Part shown: positions 23,401-63,748 of the stretch, piece after piece
Layout: the number at the start of each line of letters is the position of its first letter
How positions within the stretch are numbered: the stretch's first letter is position 1
NCBI GenBank assembly: GCA_051362555.1
Contig: CM120640.1
Span: 12,214,001 to 12,278,000, forward strand
Reading direction: 5' to 3'
DNA: 64,000 nucleotides
Origin: Lingula anatina
Lineage: Eukaryota > Animalia > Brachiopoda
The notes under the pieces: model-generated
The model's database searches: none
What the model saw: only the letters and a program-made list of their open reading frames with translations
Told to the model about the DNA's origin: nothing
Translations under genes and position numbers: made by a program

Positions 23401-26400
23401 CCAATGAAACTGCCATGCCACTACAAGGATATATTGATAGTGGTAAGAAAAAAGTACTTTTTTAAAAAGTATATCTTAATTTTGTAATCAATGTTTTTCA
23501 TTACACAGATGGAATGGTAATAGTGAATTTTTTTATTGTAAATATGTATCATTTGGAATTTGTAAAATTCTTTTTCATATTTTTTGCCATATCAAGTCTT
23601 ATTTGTGTGCCTGAATGTGTTCAGTTAAAAGACTAATGTATCTCTTTTCAGTTTATAACTGCCCCTGCTGGCATATTATTCCAAAGGGTGTGAAGACCAA
23701 CACTCCAACTGCCACTGCATGCAGGGCACCAGGTAAAGAAGTGTACAATTGGTTCAAGGACAAACCCCCGGCCCTCCCCCCAGTCAATTTCCATTATAGT
23801 TCGCCACCATTTCACTTTATACATATACTTGTCCTACTGCGTGATGTTCTCTCTGGCACAAGAAAGTTTTTGAATTATCTGGGGCAGAATTGGCAAATTG
23901 TCCGGGGGGTGGGTTTGGGGGGGGGGAGGGGGGTCCTGATACCTGTAAGGTTATTGCTTGTGTGCTGACAGTTTTTTTTGTCCAAATTAAACTGTTATAA
24001 TTCATGTTGGCAGTTTCAGCTATATTCTCTATTTGGATAGAATTTGTCTCATTCAGTAGTATACAGAAAAAAATAACATAAAAAAGAGAAGTGGCCCAAA
24101 AGTAGTTAGGAAGTTGGAAAGTTGCATTACTAAACTGACAACATTATTATCAAAGGTTCTCTTGAGGCCATCTACTGGATTGAGGTCATCATGGAACATG
24201 TTGCTAAGGAGTTGGGAAAAGATCCTCTGGAAGTAAAGCAGGCAAACTTTTACAAAACTGGACAGGTAACAACATTTTATATCTGTAAAATAACGTTTTA
24301 CATCTGTAAAATTTGAGTATTTGATTACTGTTTAGTTTAGACAGGTAAATGAAATACTGTTCAGTTCAAAAATGCATGTGTTTAATATTCTATTTGAAAT
24401 TTAGTTGACCCCAGTGAAGATGCCCCTGACCTATTGTAACATTGGCCCAATGGTTACTGCTTTCGCCCAGTCTGCAGAGATAAGCAAGAGAAAAGCAGAT
24501 GTGGCTCTCTTCAACAAGGTAATGTAATGGGGATGAGTATAGTATATCACCTGTGTAAATTGCTGTAAGTATCAGGTGACATAACTGTCTCACTTCTCAC
24601 TTTTCATTGGGCTGAGGAATTAAAGAAATTAACTAACGTGAATTTGCATGAAAAAAGTGGAATTTTAGAAATTTAATGTGATAATTATATTCATTGTTGC
24701 TGTTCTTGCACTTTCAGAACAACCGCTGGAAGAAGAAAGGACTGTCTGTTGTGCCACTGAAGTGGGGAACTGCCTGGGCTACCGCTAATTACAATGTACT
24801 GGTAACAATCATGAATGGAGATGGTTCCGTAGCAGTGACACATGCTGGGATAGAGTCTGGACAGGGAATTAACACAAAGGTATATGACCTTTTGTTGTTA
24901 AACTGATTTGTATGTAAAGCAAGTTTTGCTACAGTTGCAAATGTTGAAAATCTGTGAGCAATGTTGTCAGAAATTTTTTTTTTCTTTTTTTGATTGTGTA
25001 AGTTATGCAGCATGCCCTTTTAGAATAAGAGTGAATGTGAAAGTCTGTAGAGTATCAGTGATGCACACTTTTACTGGTGCAAGGACTGCTCATTTTGCAT
25101 AGTTTTCTCACTAACACATATGTCATATCTTCTTATAATCAGGTGGTTCAAGTATGTGCCTATGAGCTTGGTATAGATATCAGCAAGGTGTCTGTCAAGG
25201 CAGCCAATTCAGTGGTCAATGCTAACTCTATCACTACAGGGGGAAGTATCACTTCAGAGATAAACTGTAAGGTGAGGTTGTTTTTGAGTAAGTGTAATTT
25301 ATTTATTGATGCTGAATTTTTTTCTCTTGTTCTTTGAATAAGACTGATGCTGTTAAATAATAACCTTTTAAAAGTAAAAAGAATATTGTGTAAATTTATT
25401 GCACTCTGGTAGAAGCAAGCAAACTTGATAAAAATTCCTTAGTTTTGACTATTGCTCATTGTACTGGAAAGTGAAGCTTAAATCCTGCTGTGTGTGCTGC
25501 TACACTATTTGAAAAGATTGAAAGAAATATTGGTGAATACTATTCCAGGCAGTTATTGAGTGTTGCAAAATGTTGAAGACAAGGATGGACCCTGTGCGAC
25601 AGAAAATGGTGGACCCCAAATGGGAGGATTTGGTGAACAAGTGCTTCCAAGAGAATGTTGACTTGTGTGCAAGATATTTGTGAGTTTATAGCAGATTGAT
25701 ATATAGTTATGTTATAATTTGTTAAAACTTTCAGGATATTATCTGAGATCTGTGATATAATACATGTATGAAGTAATCTGCACTGAAGAGATCATAGCAG
25801 ACCTTTATCATACTGTGTTATTTGAATATAATGTCTTGTCAAACAAAAGTGAAAGAAATGAATTAACTTCAATACCATCTCATGTAAACCTTTCACTTGA
25901 AACAGTCCAAAGTCAAAAAATTCAATTTCAGTGTTGTTCCAAATTCAACATACATGTGGCAGTACAATGTCTATGGCGTCACTTGTGCCGAGGTGACAGT
26001 GGATGTGCTTACTGGAGAGCGCAATATTGACAGAGTGGACATACTGGAGGATTGTGGAGACAGGTGAATATGGTGACTTGATTTATTTTGATGTTGAATG
26101 GTAGCTTGGTAAATTTTATTCTCGTCAGAATACGGAAATTGTAATCAATATTTATTGAAGTAAAGAATATTTCTTGTCTTGAGAAGATTAAAGTGAAATG
26201 CAGATTCAAATTTATATGCAAGTTACAAAGATTTTATATTGATTACACAGGCTTGAATTACAAGGCACATCAGACATTGTAATTTTTAGTAAATAATTTA
26301 AACACAAATAGTGAATGATTGTCATTTTATATAAGAACATTGACTGGCATTCCAGCATGAATCCTGACATAGATGTGGGACAGGTGGAGGGAGGTTTTGT

Positions 26401-27537
26401 CATGGGACTGGGTTATTGGCTGCTGGAGGATATAAAGTTTGATCCCAAGACAGGACAGAACCAGAGTGCTAGTACCTGGGTACAGTTCATTTTCACATAT
26501 AGGAAATAGCACATGTTAACTGTTATAGTGTATTTATACTAAGAGATACAAGTTTTGCTTTTTTTAGTTATCTGTTTATGAAGCTAAAATCTGGGGATGC
26601 GTAACTAGGTTTATATAATAGACTGGTAATGGGTACCTTTAATGCTATTGATATCAGTATTTTTCTGTATTTTTATGACAGTCTTACCATCCACCTTTGT
26701 GCAAAGACATACCAGCTGATTTCAGGATCCAACTCTTGAAGAATGCTCCAAATCCACTGGGAGTGCTTGGGTCAAAAGGTGAAATACTTTTACATATATA
26801 CATTTATATGTGTATGTGTTTGCATGTGTGAGAGAAAATGACATTACAGGATTAAGTAAGCGTGATCTGTATATAAACAGATCATCCTTTTTCATTAAAA
26901 CATTTAACAGTCTTCTGCTGCAATCATCAAGGTTTAAGGATTAATATGTAAGTAATTTTGATTGGCTTTTATTGTTTAGTCCAGTGCCTGTTTTTTTAAA
27001 ACAGGTGATGGTTAATATCTGTTGTTGAACTTGTGCAAAGTGGTAATGGCACTGTATACTTTGTAATTTCCCAGCTGTGGGTGAACCCCCTCTGTGTATG
27101 AGCAGTGCAGTGTTGTTTGCAGCCAAACATGCTGTGGAGGCAGCAAGGCAGGAACTGGGAAACACAAATCACTTCCAACTTGGTACAGTAATAACATTAT
27201 TGTGAATTTGAGGGTTTAGGTACAATAAAATGAAGTGCTGAAAGTCTGTGAAAATGTGTCTGAGCTGCACTGCTGCTCTGTACAGACTCCCATTTTCAAA
27301 TATGAAAAACAAAATTGAAGTGCATTATAAAAGAAGCTTGAGAGATTATTATATTTTATGAAAACTAAATGGTTTAAAGTTTTGTTGAGGTTCCTCATAT
27401 TTTGAATAACTGACTTTTTGAATAACTAACTTAAACTGATAGAGTATTGAAATGTTTTTATTACAGATGTGCCTGCCACTGTTGAGGCATTGCAATCAGC
27501 TTGCCTTGTAGACCCCAGTCAGTTTACCCTGCAGTAG
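10816..27537 (+). CDS. Molybdo-flavoenzyme, aldehyde oxidase-like member of the xanthine dehydrogenase/aldehyde oxidase family (~35 exons)
   Basis: Exons: 10816-10865 (tentative), 13349 or 13366-13487, 13903-14072, 14928-15088, 15790-15866, 16063-16133, 16521-16716, 17068-17123, 17299-17445, 17790-17892, 18245-18393, 18797-18907, 19117-19183, 19269-19363, 19904-20068, 20483-20605, 20762-20851, 21006-21063, 21324-21473, 21711-21790, 22049-22158, 22405-22509, 23119-23197, 23331-23442, 23652-23732, 24156-24265, 24405-24518, 24718-24879, 25143-25271, 25549-25679, 25932-26063, 26356-26479, 26682-26778, 27075-27182, 27467-27537 (TAG). Phases match from exon 2 onward. Motifs: 2Fe-2[15 protein letters not shown] and QCGFCSPG...[12 protein letters not shown]; FAD domain [15 protein letters not shown]; Moco domain [37 protein letters not shown], catalytic SKAVGEPP. 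Confidence 0.95.
12360..12836. mobile_element. Degenerate PIF/Harbinger-like non-autonomous element with internal hairpins
   Basis: Imperfect TIRs gggtgctttcccag / ccgggaatggtccc, TAT on both flanks (3-bp TSD), repeated tagatcgatcta motifs and a long internal inverted repeat (~12636-12785, e.g. atgtctgacatgcctact / agtaggcatgacagacat). Confidence 0.6.
14366..14437. repeat. (TA)n microsatellite
   Basis: Perfect TA dinucleotide run of ~72 bp in an oxidase intron. Confidence 0.97.
15523..15766. mobile_element. Degenerate TIR element (MITE remnant)
   Basis: Left end ...aatcctttcaatgggtaaaa..ttgggaatt pairs with right end attcccaaat...ttttccccattgaaaagatt...acagta; intronic; superfamily not determinable. 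Confidence 0.45.
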
Positions 27538-27898
27538 CCACAGAAGATGATGGAATAAGAAGAATTGTAAGAAATCTAAAGATGACATTCAAATAAATAT
27601 GCCAATAATTGTGGCACAATTTTGGAAATTGCAATAACACACACCTTACTTATAGACACATATTCAAACATTCAAGTAGACAGATGTGGTTGGGAATGTG
27701 TGCAGGGAAAATTTCTTTGATTAATAAGGTGAAAAATTATTTAAGAAGTATTAGATGCTTGTTCAATTTTTATGCCCAGTAGCTGTTAATGTGAAATATG
27801 TGATATGTAATTGATTACCTTTTTTCAAAAAAGTTGCAAGGATTCATTGCTTTAGGAAGAAAAATATAATATTTATTACAAAGATATATACGTTTTAC

Positions 27899-28242
27899 AG
27901 GGATAACTGTTCGAACGAGATTCAGATTTCACTATAAATACATTACTTGTAAAAAACCCATAGGAATGTAGTTTATTCCATTTTACAACAAAAACAGCAG
28001 TTTTAGTCTGGAATCTGTGCTTGCCATCTGACCATGTGGACCTTTATAGATAGCTATACCTCCATAATAATTTCTTAAGAGATTATTTTAAGAAACAAGC
28101 CTATACAAAAAAAAAAACAAAAAAAAACATGGACTAACTGTGAATGTTAAAATGGATTCATAAACCATTGGTAAGTTTGGGAAAAATCATCATTTACCCT
28201 AGGAAACCAGTTTTTTTTCCAAAACAAAGAGTTGTTATCTCT
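27899..28242. mobile_element. Kolobok-like non-autonomous element, degenerate copy (family K)
   Basis: Colinear similarity to 54313-54650 and to both ends of 54746-55375; right end gagttgttatctct followed by TTAA. Lies downstream of the oxidase stop codon. Confidence 0.6.
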
Positions 28243-30737
28243 TTAAATTTTATGCAAGTGTTTTTCTGCGCACAATATCATGTAGCCTATGAAGAGTTCA
28301 TGAAGAGTTCAGTCATAATGTAAGCCAAGTTTTGTCTTCTAGCACATTAAAGGCATATGCTGAAATAGACCATATGCTACAGTATATTGGTTTTGGGATG
28401 CAATATTATTAATTAAAGCTTATGAGAAGAAAAATGTTTTTAACTGTGATATACTTTTCATGTATTTATTCTAGAGTTGAACAATCTGATGCAGAACAAG
28501 TTATTCTGGGTAGTTTAAGATTTTTGGAGAGTTGTCAAATTTCCTTAGGAGGATGCTACAAGTGATCTGTATTTGAATGCTATGTATTAGCATTTAAAAT
28601 TCATAATGGTGCATATTGTATTCTCCTGTTTAATTGCCATAATAAAAGGAATACAGAATATTAATATTTACACGAGGTGTAATGTTTGCCATCCTGTGAC
28701 ATCAATGTACATGGACACTAAGTAGGCACATTTCAAGTCTTATTTTGGTGTTTAAGGCATGGTTTCACATTCCTTTAAGACTGAACGAAAACACAAAACT
28801 TTCTTTCACAACATTTATTTAAGAAAACAAAATCAAAAATTTATTTCTAAACAATGTACAATGTTTGCAAAAAAATTACTCACTGTACACCAATTTCCTT
28901 ACCAGTAAATTATTTAATGTCTAAACATATTTCAATAACCTGAATAAATGTAGAATTTATCTAGTTTTAGATTCTGCCAGATTAAGTTGCAATAAACCAT
29001 TTCAAATAAGGCACTAGTCTAGAAATAAAACAGGCAAACTGAAATAATATCAGTGGTCTAACAGAATTAAGTTGCATCTGCATTATTTGGAAAATGTAGC
29101 ATGCATATACTCCTTCCATCTATGTCAATTGGTAACAAATCATCAAAATATTGCATATGAAAAAATCACTTTATATCAATGTAGCTCCCAATTTAATGTT
29201 GTAACAAAAATAAAAAGGGACTTCAGGTTGGTCCTCTGATCCAAAATGCTATCTTGTTTTTATCATTTATGTACAGAGCTGTCAGTTCAATGATTTCATT
29301 ACAGCAAAACCATAACATTTTTATTTACTTGTACCCTTACTCTCTGTACTACAAAAAACTTGGTACTACTTGGAATTACTTATAGCATGACATTTATCTA
29401 AGCCTTTCCCAAAAATACAACTCTTTAAATCTGGAATGCAGCTGTATCTGAAGATAGAAAAAGTCAAAAAATACTAAACAGAGAAAAACCACCAAATCTT
29501 GCACACCTGCAGCACCTTAATCAAGTGCATTGTTAAGATCTTTCAGAGATCCATCTGCAAATCCTCTGATCTAACAGTACAAAAACCCTACAGCAGTTTA
29601 TAATTAGAAAATGGAACATCATATAATATCATATAATATCCATCAATGAAAATAAAATTATCATTCTCAATTGCACAACCCTTAACTTAAATCCTTATTA
29701 AGTGCTGAACCTGTACAATATGAGCAAGAGCAGAGAAAAGTCCAGCGACAGGAAACAACTACGTTATAAGCAAAAGCTTCATTTAAAAGCACCTTAGAGT
29801 ATAATAAATACCTATAATGAAACAACTTCCATACTTCATCAGGTTTGATCTATTTACACAAAAGAAAAAAAAACAACACGATAACATATATTGATTTATA
29901 AAGCATATTTGACAAATTTTAAAGATGAATAATTATATCATGTAAGTTTATTCACAGGAAAAAATTCCACGACCATTAATTGGAACTGACTTAACTCATT
30001 GTGGTTGTTTGCTATATCAGACACTAATATTATAAGATTTGCCAATGACATTTGAATAATATCTTAGATATCTAACATTTTAACTAAAGGAATATTTATA
30101 CATAAGTAAATGTAAGATGGACTGAAGGCTGAATTACTGTTACTAGTTTAACAATTCAGACAACTTGGTGGATTACTCCACTTGTCTGGTGTACTGACAA
30201 GGCTTTCCAGTACAGTACATACTTTAATTTAACTTGCACATCTGTATCTCTCTCTCGCTGTAAAGAACGTGTGCACAACATGTCATGCAGCTACAAGTTA
30301 GAACCCAATTTGCATTTCTTTTTAAATCTCTTCAAGAGGCTTAATGAGGAAAACCCTACTCTGCACAGATATTGGACAACCAATGGCAATACCCTGGCTA
30401 GTTTAGTCAGATTGAATAAAGCATTAAGTGGACAGGATTTTTTGTGCTGGAGAAGGAAAAATAGCAAAACAAAAGCTGATATGATTGCACTTCACAATAG
30501 ACTGAGTTGACAAACAAGAAGTGACACTTCTACAGTAAAATGGCTTTCTTAAACTTCTATTCTAAGAGAGGAAAATAGGTCACCGAATGAAAACAGATGC
30601 TTTCCTGTGCCTTTTGGATTTTTATGACCGAGTCGCAGTGCTGATACTATTTGAGATAACAGGGTTATCTTGCCCATACAGTAAACTGGTCCAGCCATTT
30701 TTGGATTGTCTTGCTCTTTATCCACTTGTGGTGACAT

Positions 30738-58121
<27,384 letters not shown>

Positions 58122-60463
58122 TTTTGCAGGCTTAGACAACTCAATGGTGATGATGGCCAAAGGAACTGACCACTTGCCTTCTATCTGCTGGTCAACTATG
58201 AGAAGATACTGGTTACCTAAAATAATATGAGGGATCAAAGACATTATTTTATCAAATGTTGAAAATTATCTGTTACCATTTATCACATATCATACGTATT
58301 TTATAAAATCCCCCTGGCCAGGCCATTAATTTAATATGCCTCTGGCTGAAGGATTAATGGTAACTACTTTCTCTAAAATATTACCTCTATACTCACAGGC
58401 TACTGCTTTTCTATTCTGTTCTGTGCATTGTGTTATTGTGCATATTCACATACATATATTGACCATACAGATACTTTGGGGTGTATTGGGATACATTTAA
58501 ATGCAACATTTGTGAACTCCTTTGAGACAGTATTGCATGAACAAAATCATACATTTGAAGGATTTAACCTCTCTTGTCTATTTGAGAACATTATCCAATT
58601 ATCATGAGAACTGGGATGAAGGTGACATGAATATTAATTACACATGTATTGTATGATATTGTCTTTTTTCAATACCGCAAAGAACCTTTTCATAATACTA
58701 TTTTTTTTTTCTTTTCAACCAGTCAAGTTTCTGAATGCAGTCCGTCTTATCTTATCTATTATATTGTCATGTGCAACAAAATCTACCACAAAATATGCCC
58801 ATCCATAGATATACTTACTTTAGCTTAATCTATTTATTCATTGGATTAAATATGGAACAAGCACTGTGTATTTCTTTCTTATCTTTTCTTATAGTTCATG
58901 TTTACAATGTCACGAAATGTTATTCACTTCCTTATATACCCACTGCTGCTATCCCTCCACCCAATTTTCTCTTTCTTTCTCTGACCATTAAATAAAACCC
59001 ACAACCTACTAGTAGTAAACAATTTCACCAAGATCAGAAAATGTACTACCTACCAAATGCTTCCTACCTGTCTCCTAGTTAACAACAAATATGAGCCCCA
59101 CCGGTTTAGTTCAGCCTTTTGTACTTGAAGCCAGCATCAGATGTCAATACCCATTTGCAGTGCAGTTCTATTTGTCACAGTCATCTATCACAACCACTGG
59201 TGCCTTACTGCTGCACTGTGTATTCTGGAAACTAAACCATCAGCTTCTGAAATGAAAACCAGTCTTAACTTAGAAGCAGCTCAATCTTATTAATCATTAT
59301 TATCTCCCACTGGTCTCTTATACGACTTTCGACTCATATTTTAGGAGTACTCAGTACATCAAAATTTAATTTATTTTGGTAGACTGAGAGCTTTTCCTTT
59401 GATAAATGCAATGCAGTACAAGTTTGATCAAGTGCACCTAAAATACACCCATGTAGCAGGCACTAGTCTACTTAAATGTGTCAAGATATGACATTAAATG
59501 TGACAAATGGTTCCTGAAATGGATCACAATGCCAGGACTAATCCATAGCGATAACAATTTTCTGCTGATATATTTTGGGATTTAGTTGATCAAATACCAG
59601 TTCCTCAATATCAAATCATACTTCTAATGTTTTATCCAAAAGCACTTTAGTACATTTTGAGACAAATTAATATTAGAAATGGGTTCTTGATACATCCTGG
59701 AAATTCTTACATATAGGCCTCATCACCGAATCTATTGATTCTACATGATAAATCAAAATACATCTATACTTTGATACCTACATACCATACGTGGTAGGTC
59801 CAAGTAACCCTCTACCAGGGTCGCAGAGAATTTTATCCACTAAATATTCACATTTTTTTCTGAGCAAATATGCGTACAACAAGAATTTTTTGAAAAATTT
59901 ATTAGCTATCAGCCAGCTGCCCACGTTGAACAAAAAACAGTTAACATACATGAATACTGCAACATGGGTTAGACTTAGAACTATATTTATCCACACATGA
60001 AAACAATTCTGACACATTGATATACTTTTACACTTAGTGTAGGTAGTTACGTAAAAATTATGTAGGCAGTTGAAAGGATGTCACGCATGTGTGTGTATGC
60101 ATGTGTGTACTGGTGCGTGCAGGCATACAGACATACTCAAGCAGTACCCTATGAAAGTGACATGCTGTTCTTCATTTTGGATGCAGACTTGCCCAACTTA
60201 AGAAGGAAATTTATATTTTCAGCTAATCCAATTCAAAGACAGCCGTCAATAACTTTGGTGAAGTAAGTATGATAAGTGAGTATTTGGTGCTTGTAAAAAA
60301 AAACAAGGCAGCAAAGCTGTCAAATGTACAGACAAAAAACAGAAAATAAAGATGCAAAAAAGGTCATTTTGTCAATTTTGATGCAATAATAAATAATGCT
60401 TATAATAGCACTGTCAGTCAACACTGAATTTTAATCTTGCACAACAGGTAACATGGTCAATAA

Positions 60464-60630
60464 CAGGAGCAGACCCAGAGATATTTTCTGACAGTATTAC
60501 AAAGTATCTATGTTGATCCATCCTCCATTTTGATGGTCTTCCAACAGAAAAAAATAGATACCAGTCAATATAAACTTAATAACCTGACTGTCTTCCAGAA
60601 GACCCAGAAGATGGTCTCAATCCACCCCTT
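60464..60630. mobile_element. Short hAT-like MITE, family B copy 2
   Basis: Reverse complement of 31780-31947 (gtcttccagaagacccagaagatgg...aatccacccct); flanked by direct repeat (t)caataa. Confidence 0.78.
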
Positions 60631-60861
60631 CAATAAGATTACAGTTTCAGGACCATGAGAGTTCAAATTCACATTATGAAAGTCTCAATATTTGAAAAAT
60701 GATGATAGTGCATAAAATAATATTACATAATGTTTAAAGACATAAAAAACAATACAACTGCTTATGTAGAAATACAGAAAATGTGCAGAGCCCCAGGCAG
60801 ATGAGAGTTAAAAGTCACAAATGCAAGTGTTTGAGAAAAAATTATAAAGGAAAACAACAAA

Positions 60862-61097
60862 ACTAGAAAAGCACTTTGAGAGTGCAGACCTCTGCCAAGG
60901 CAGCAATTGTTGATTATTATTGATAATTGATTGATTATTGATCCGGACCACCACCAAAAATTAATCATTGTCCTCTTTGGCCCACTTCCGACAGTTCCTG
61001 AAAATTTCTGCAAAATCGGTCCATAACTTTTTTGTGTTATGTGGATGACAGACAAACAGGGATGAAAATATATCCTCCTTGGCAGAGCTTGAGGTAA
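60862..61097 (-). mobile_element. Short HINE/Helentron-like non-autonomous element
   Basis: actag...gcact-ttgag-agtgc hairpin then subTIR cctctgccaagg; other end cctccttggcagag...gaggtaa; acagacaaaca microsatellite; core gatccggaccaccaccaaaa...cctgaaaatttc...cataactttt. Confidence 0.72.
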
Positions 61098-62313
61098 ATA
61101 TAATTCCAATGAAGATGCTATTCAAACTTTTAATCTTCCAGTTTGATATATATATATATTGATATTATTAATCTAGCAGAGAGCTTTACCTTTGGGAGTT
61201 TACAGGGAAATATCAACATGTGTGCTTTACGTAATCTCATTTCATGGCCTATTAAAGCAAATGACTTTATAACTCTGAAATTAATCTAGTGATACCCAAG
61301 GGTAATTTACAGACTGACCCACTCAAAGGTCTTCAGGCCCATAAGTCACACCTTAAGAAAAGCACAAAACCATAATGCCCAAAATAGGAGACTACCAATC
61401 CTAATGCAATAATACATTATGTTTAACTGCACAGTCAACATCAACTTATGCACAACAGGTAACACAGACGAAAGTAAAAGCATAAGGCTCCAGGCCCATC
61501 AGAGTTCAAGTTTATACTTAGAAAGTGCAAAAAATGCATAAATACAATAAACATGGTAATCCGATAGAGCTGGTTTTCTCATGAGCTGAAGGCCAATCCT
61601 AAAAATCGTACTTTAAAGTTTAAAATTATAATAAGTGGCACAGTTTTCTTTTCATAATATTTGCAGTAGCAGTGCAAAAAGATTGTTGTCAATATTGATG
61701 TAACATTACATAATAAATTAGATAATAATTATCACCAATTTTTGTTTATTGACTATAAATAGGATGGACATGTAGAAAATATGATTACCATTTGGCTTCA
61801 TGTCCATGGGAGCTCCGAGTCCCACAATGAATATGCCAAAAAGATAATGAATATTACACTAAAATGTATAACTTCCAGAAAAAGAAGCCAATTAGACTGC
61901 TTTTCTAACTCAGGCTGCATTTTAGTCCTGTGTTTCTTTTTTGAAAGTTTGACAGTCATAAGTAACACGGTTTTCCCATAATGGTCATCAAGGCAGCAGC
62001 ACCAAAAATTGTGTTTTCTTCTATTTTGATGCAACATTACATAATGCTTAACAGCATAATGACCATCGATTTTTAATAATAAATAGATTCTGAACATAGC
62101 GGATGATTGAATCTGACAAACTGCAATGATATGAGTTTACTTCCATTTTTGACACTTTATTACACAATACATGATAACAAGTTTACCATGTTTTTTACAT
62201 AATCAACTAACAATGTTGTAAAGATGCAGGAAATATCAAACAAACACTTTTAGGCATCTTATTAGTTAAATAATGAGACTGTTAACATGCCTAATAATTG
62301 AATCTGAAGACAT

Positions 62314-63102
62314 GTGAAAAAACAGTATAACTTCTAAAATAATGGCCCGATTATGCTGATTTTCGAACTCATCCTGCGTTTTAGTAAGAACGACCACTCC
62401 TGTGAGTATAATTACAATTGGCCAATCCGATTTTCTTATATTGTGTTATCAGTGTTGCATTTATATAGAAAATAGTGAAAAAACAGCATAAATTCCCTAA
62501 AAATGGCCCAATCATGCTGATTTTCGAACTTGACCTGGGTATTATGAATATTCATCAGTTCTGTAAGTTTCAAGTCAAAAGGTAAAATGGTTTTCTACTT
62601 ATCGTGTTATCGGTGCTGCATATATGCTGAAAAAAGTGAAAAAACAGCATAAATTCCCTAAAAGTGACCCAATCATGCTGATTTTGGAACTCGACCTGCG
62701 TATTATGAATATTCATCAGTTCTGTAAGTTTCAAGTCAAAACCTAAAATGGTTTTCCACTTATCGTGTTATCGGTGCTGCATACTGTATATGCTGAAAAA
62801 AGTGAAAAAACAGCATAAATTCCCTAAAAGTGACCCGATCATGCTGATTTTCGAAGTTGACCTGCGTATTATGAATATTCATCAGTTCTGTAAGTTTCAA
62901 GTCAAAAGGTAAAATGGTTTTCCACTTATCGTGTTATCGGTGCTGCATATATGCTGAAAAAAGTGAAAAAACAGCATAAATTCCCTAAAAGTGACCCGAT
63001 CATGCTGATTTTCGAACTTGACCTGCGTATTATGAATATTCATCAGTTCTGCAAGTTTCAAGTCAAAAGGTAAAATGGTTTTCCACTTATCGTGTTATCG
63101 GT
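62314..63102. repeat. Tandem satellite array, ~161-bp monomer, ~4.9 copies
   Basis: Unit start gtgaaaaaacag at 62314, 62475, 62636, 62802, 62963 (spacing 161,161,166,161); first unit diverged, last four highly similar, third has a 5-bp insertion. Confidence 0.95.
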
Positions 63103-63748
63103 AAAAGTGCATGGCGACGACAGACGCAGATGATGGCTATATGTACAGACACATCTGTGTCTGTACATAATAATGACAAGGCAGCAAAGCTGTCAAATAC
63201 ACAAGCATATAAATGAAAAACCTGAGAGAAGCAGTGACCTTTTCCAGTCTAAAAATGTTGACAATGAACAATTTAACAAGAAAAAGCACACAAAAAAGTT
63301 TTTTTTGTCAATTTTGATGCAATACACATTAATGCTTGAAAGCATAATCACCATGTATCTTACATAATATTCTGCTATCATTGTAGACATTTAGCAAATG
63401 TAACTATCATTAGGGCTTCAGATCCACAGGAACTTCGAACTCGGAACAAAAAAGTCCATTTATGAAAATGAAATGTTCACATTCAAGAAATACCATATCT
63501 GCTAGAAAATGGTCTTATTAGGCTGGTTTTTAATCAGACAACATTTAAGTCCTATGAATCATTCCAATAACCTTGAGAATGATAAGTAACATGGTTTTCC
63601 TTTTAATGTTTATGAATAAAAATTCCAGGAAATTGCATAAGGATGATTATTTGTCCAGACACAGTGTATGTCCTTTTTAAAACGTTTGTTTTCAATTATT
63701 ATTATCACACAAAGTGAAACAGACATGCTGAAAACTTTTCAGAATGGC

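Larger units (their letters stand above)
60302..63172 (-). mobile_element. Helentron-associated non-autonomous element (HINE/DINE-1-like), ~2.9 kb, with internal satellite and nested insertions
   Basis: One end: A-run then aacaaggcagc-aaa-gctgtc mini-hairpin and atgtacagaca (60324-60334). Other end: GAC/ACAG-type microsatellite then 13-bp stem-loop tatgtacagacac-atct-gtgtctgtacata (63140-63169), whose arm is the inverted partner of the first motif. Matches the subTIR + hairpin architecture of Helentrons. Confidence 0.6.

Noticed and set aside
62314-63102. Regularly spaced repeats resembling a CRISPR array
   Set aside because: Whole 161-bp units repeat with no unique spacers; eukaryotic context, no cas genes.
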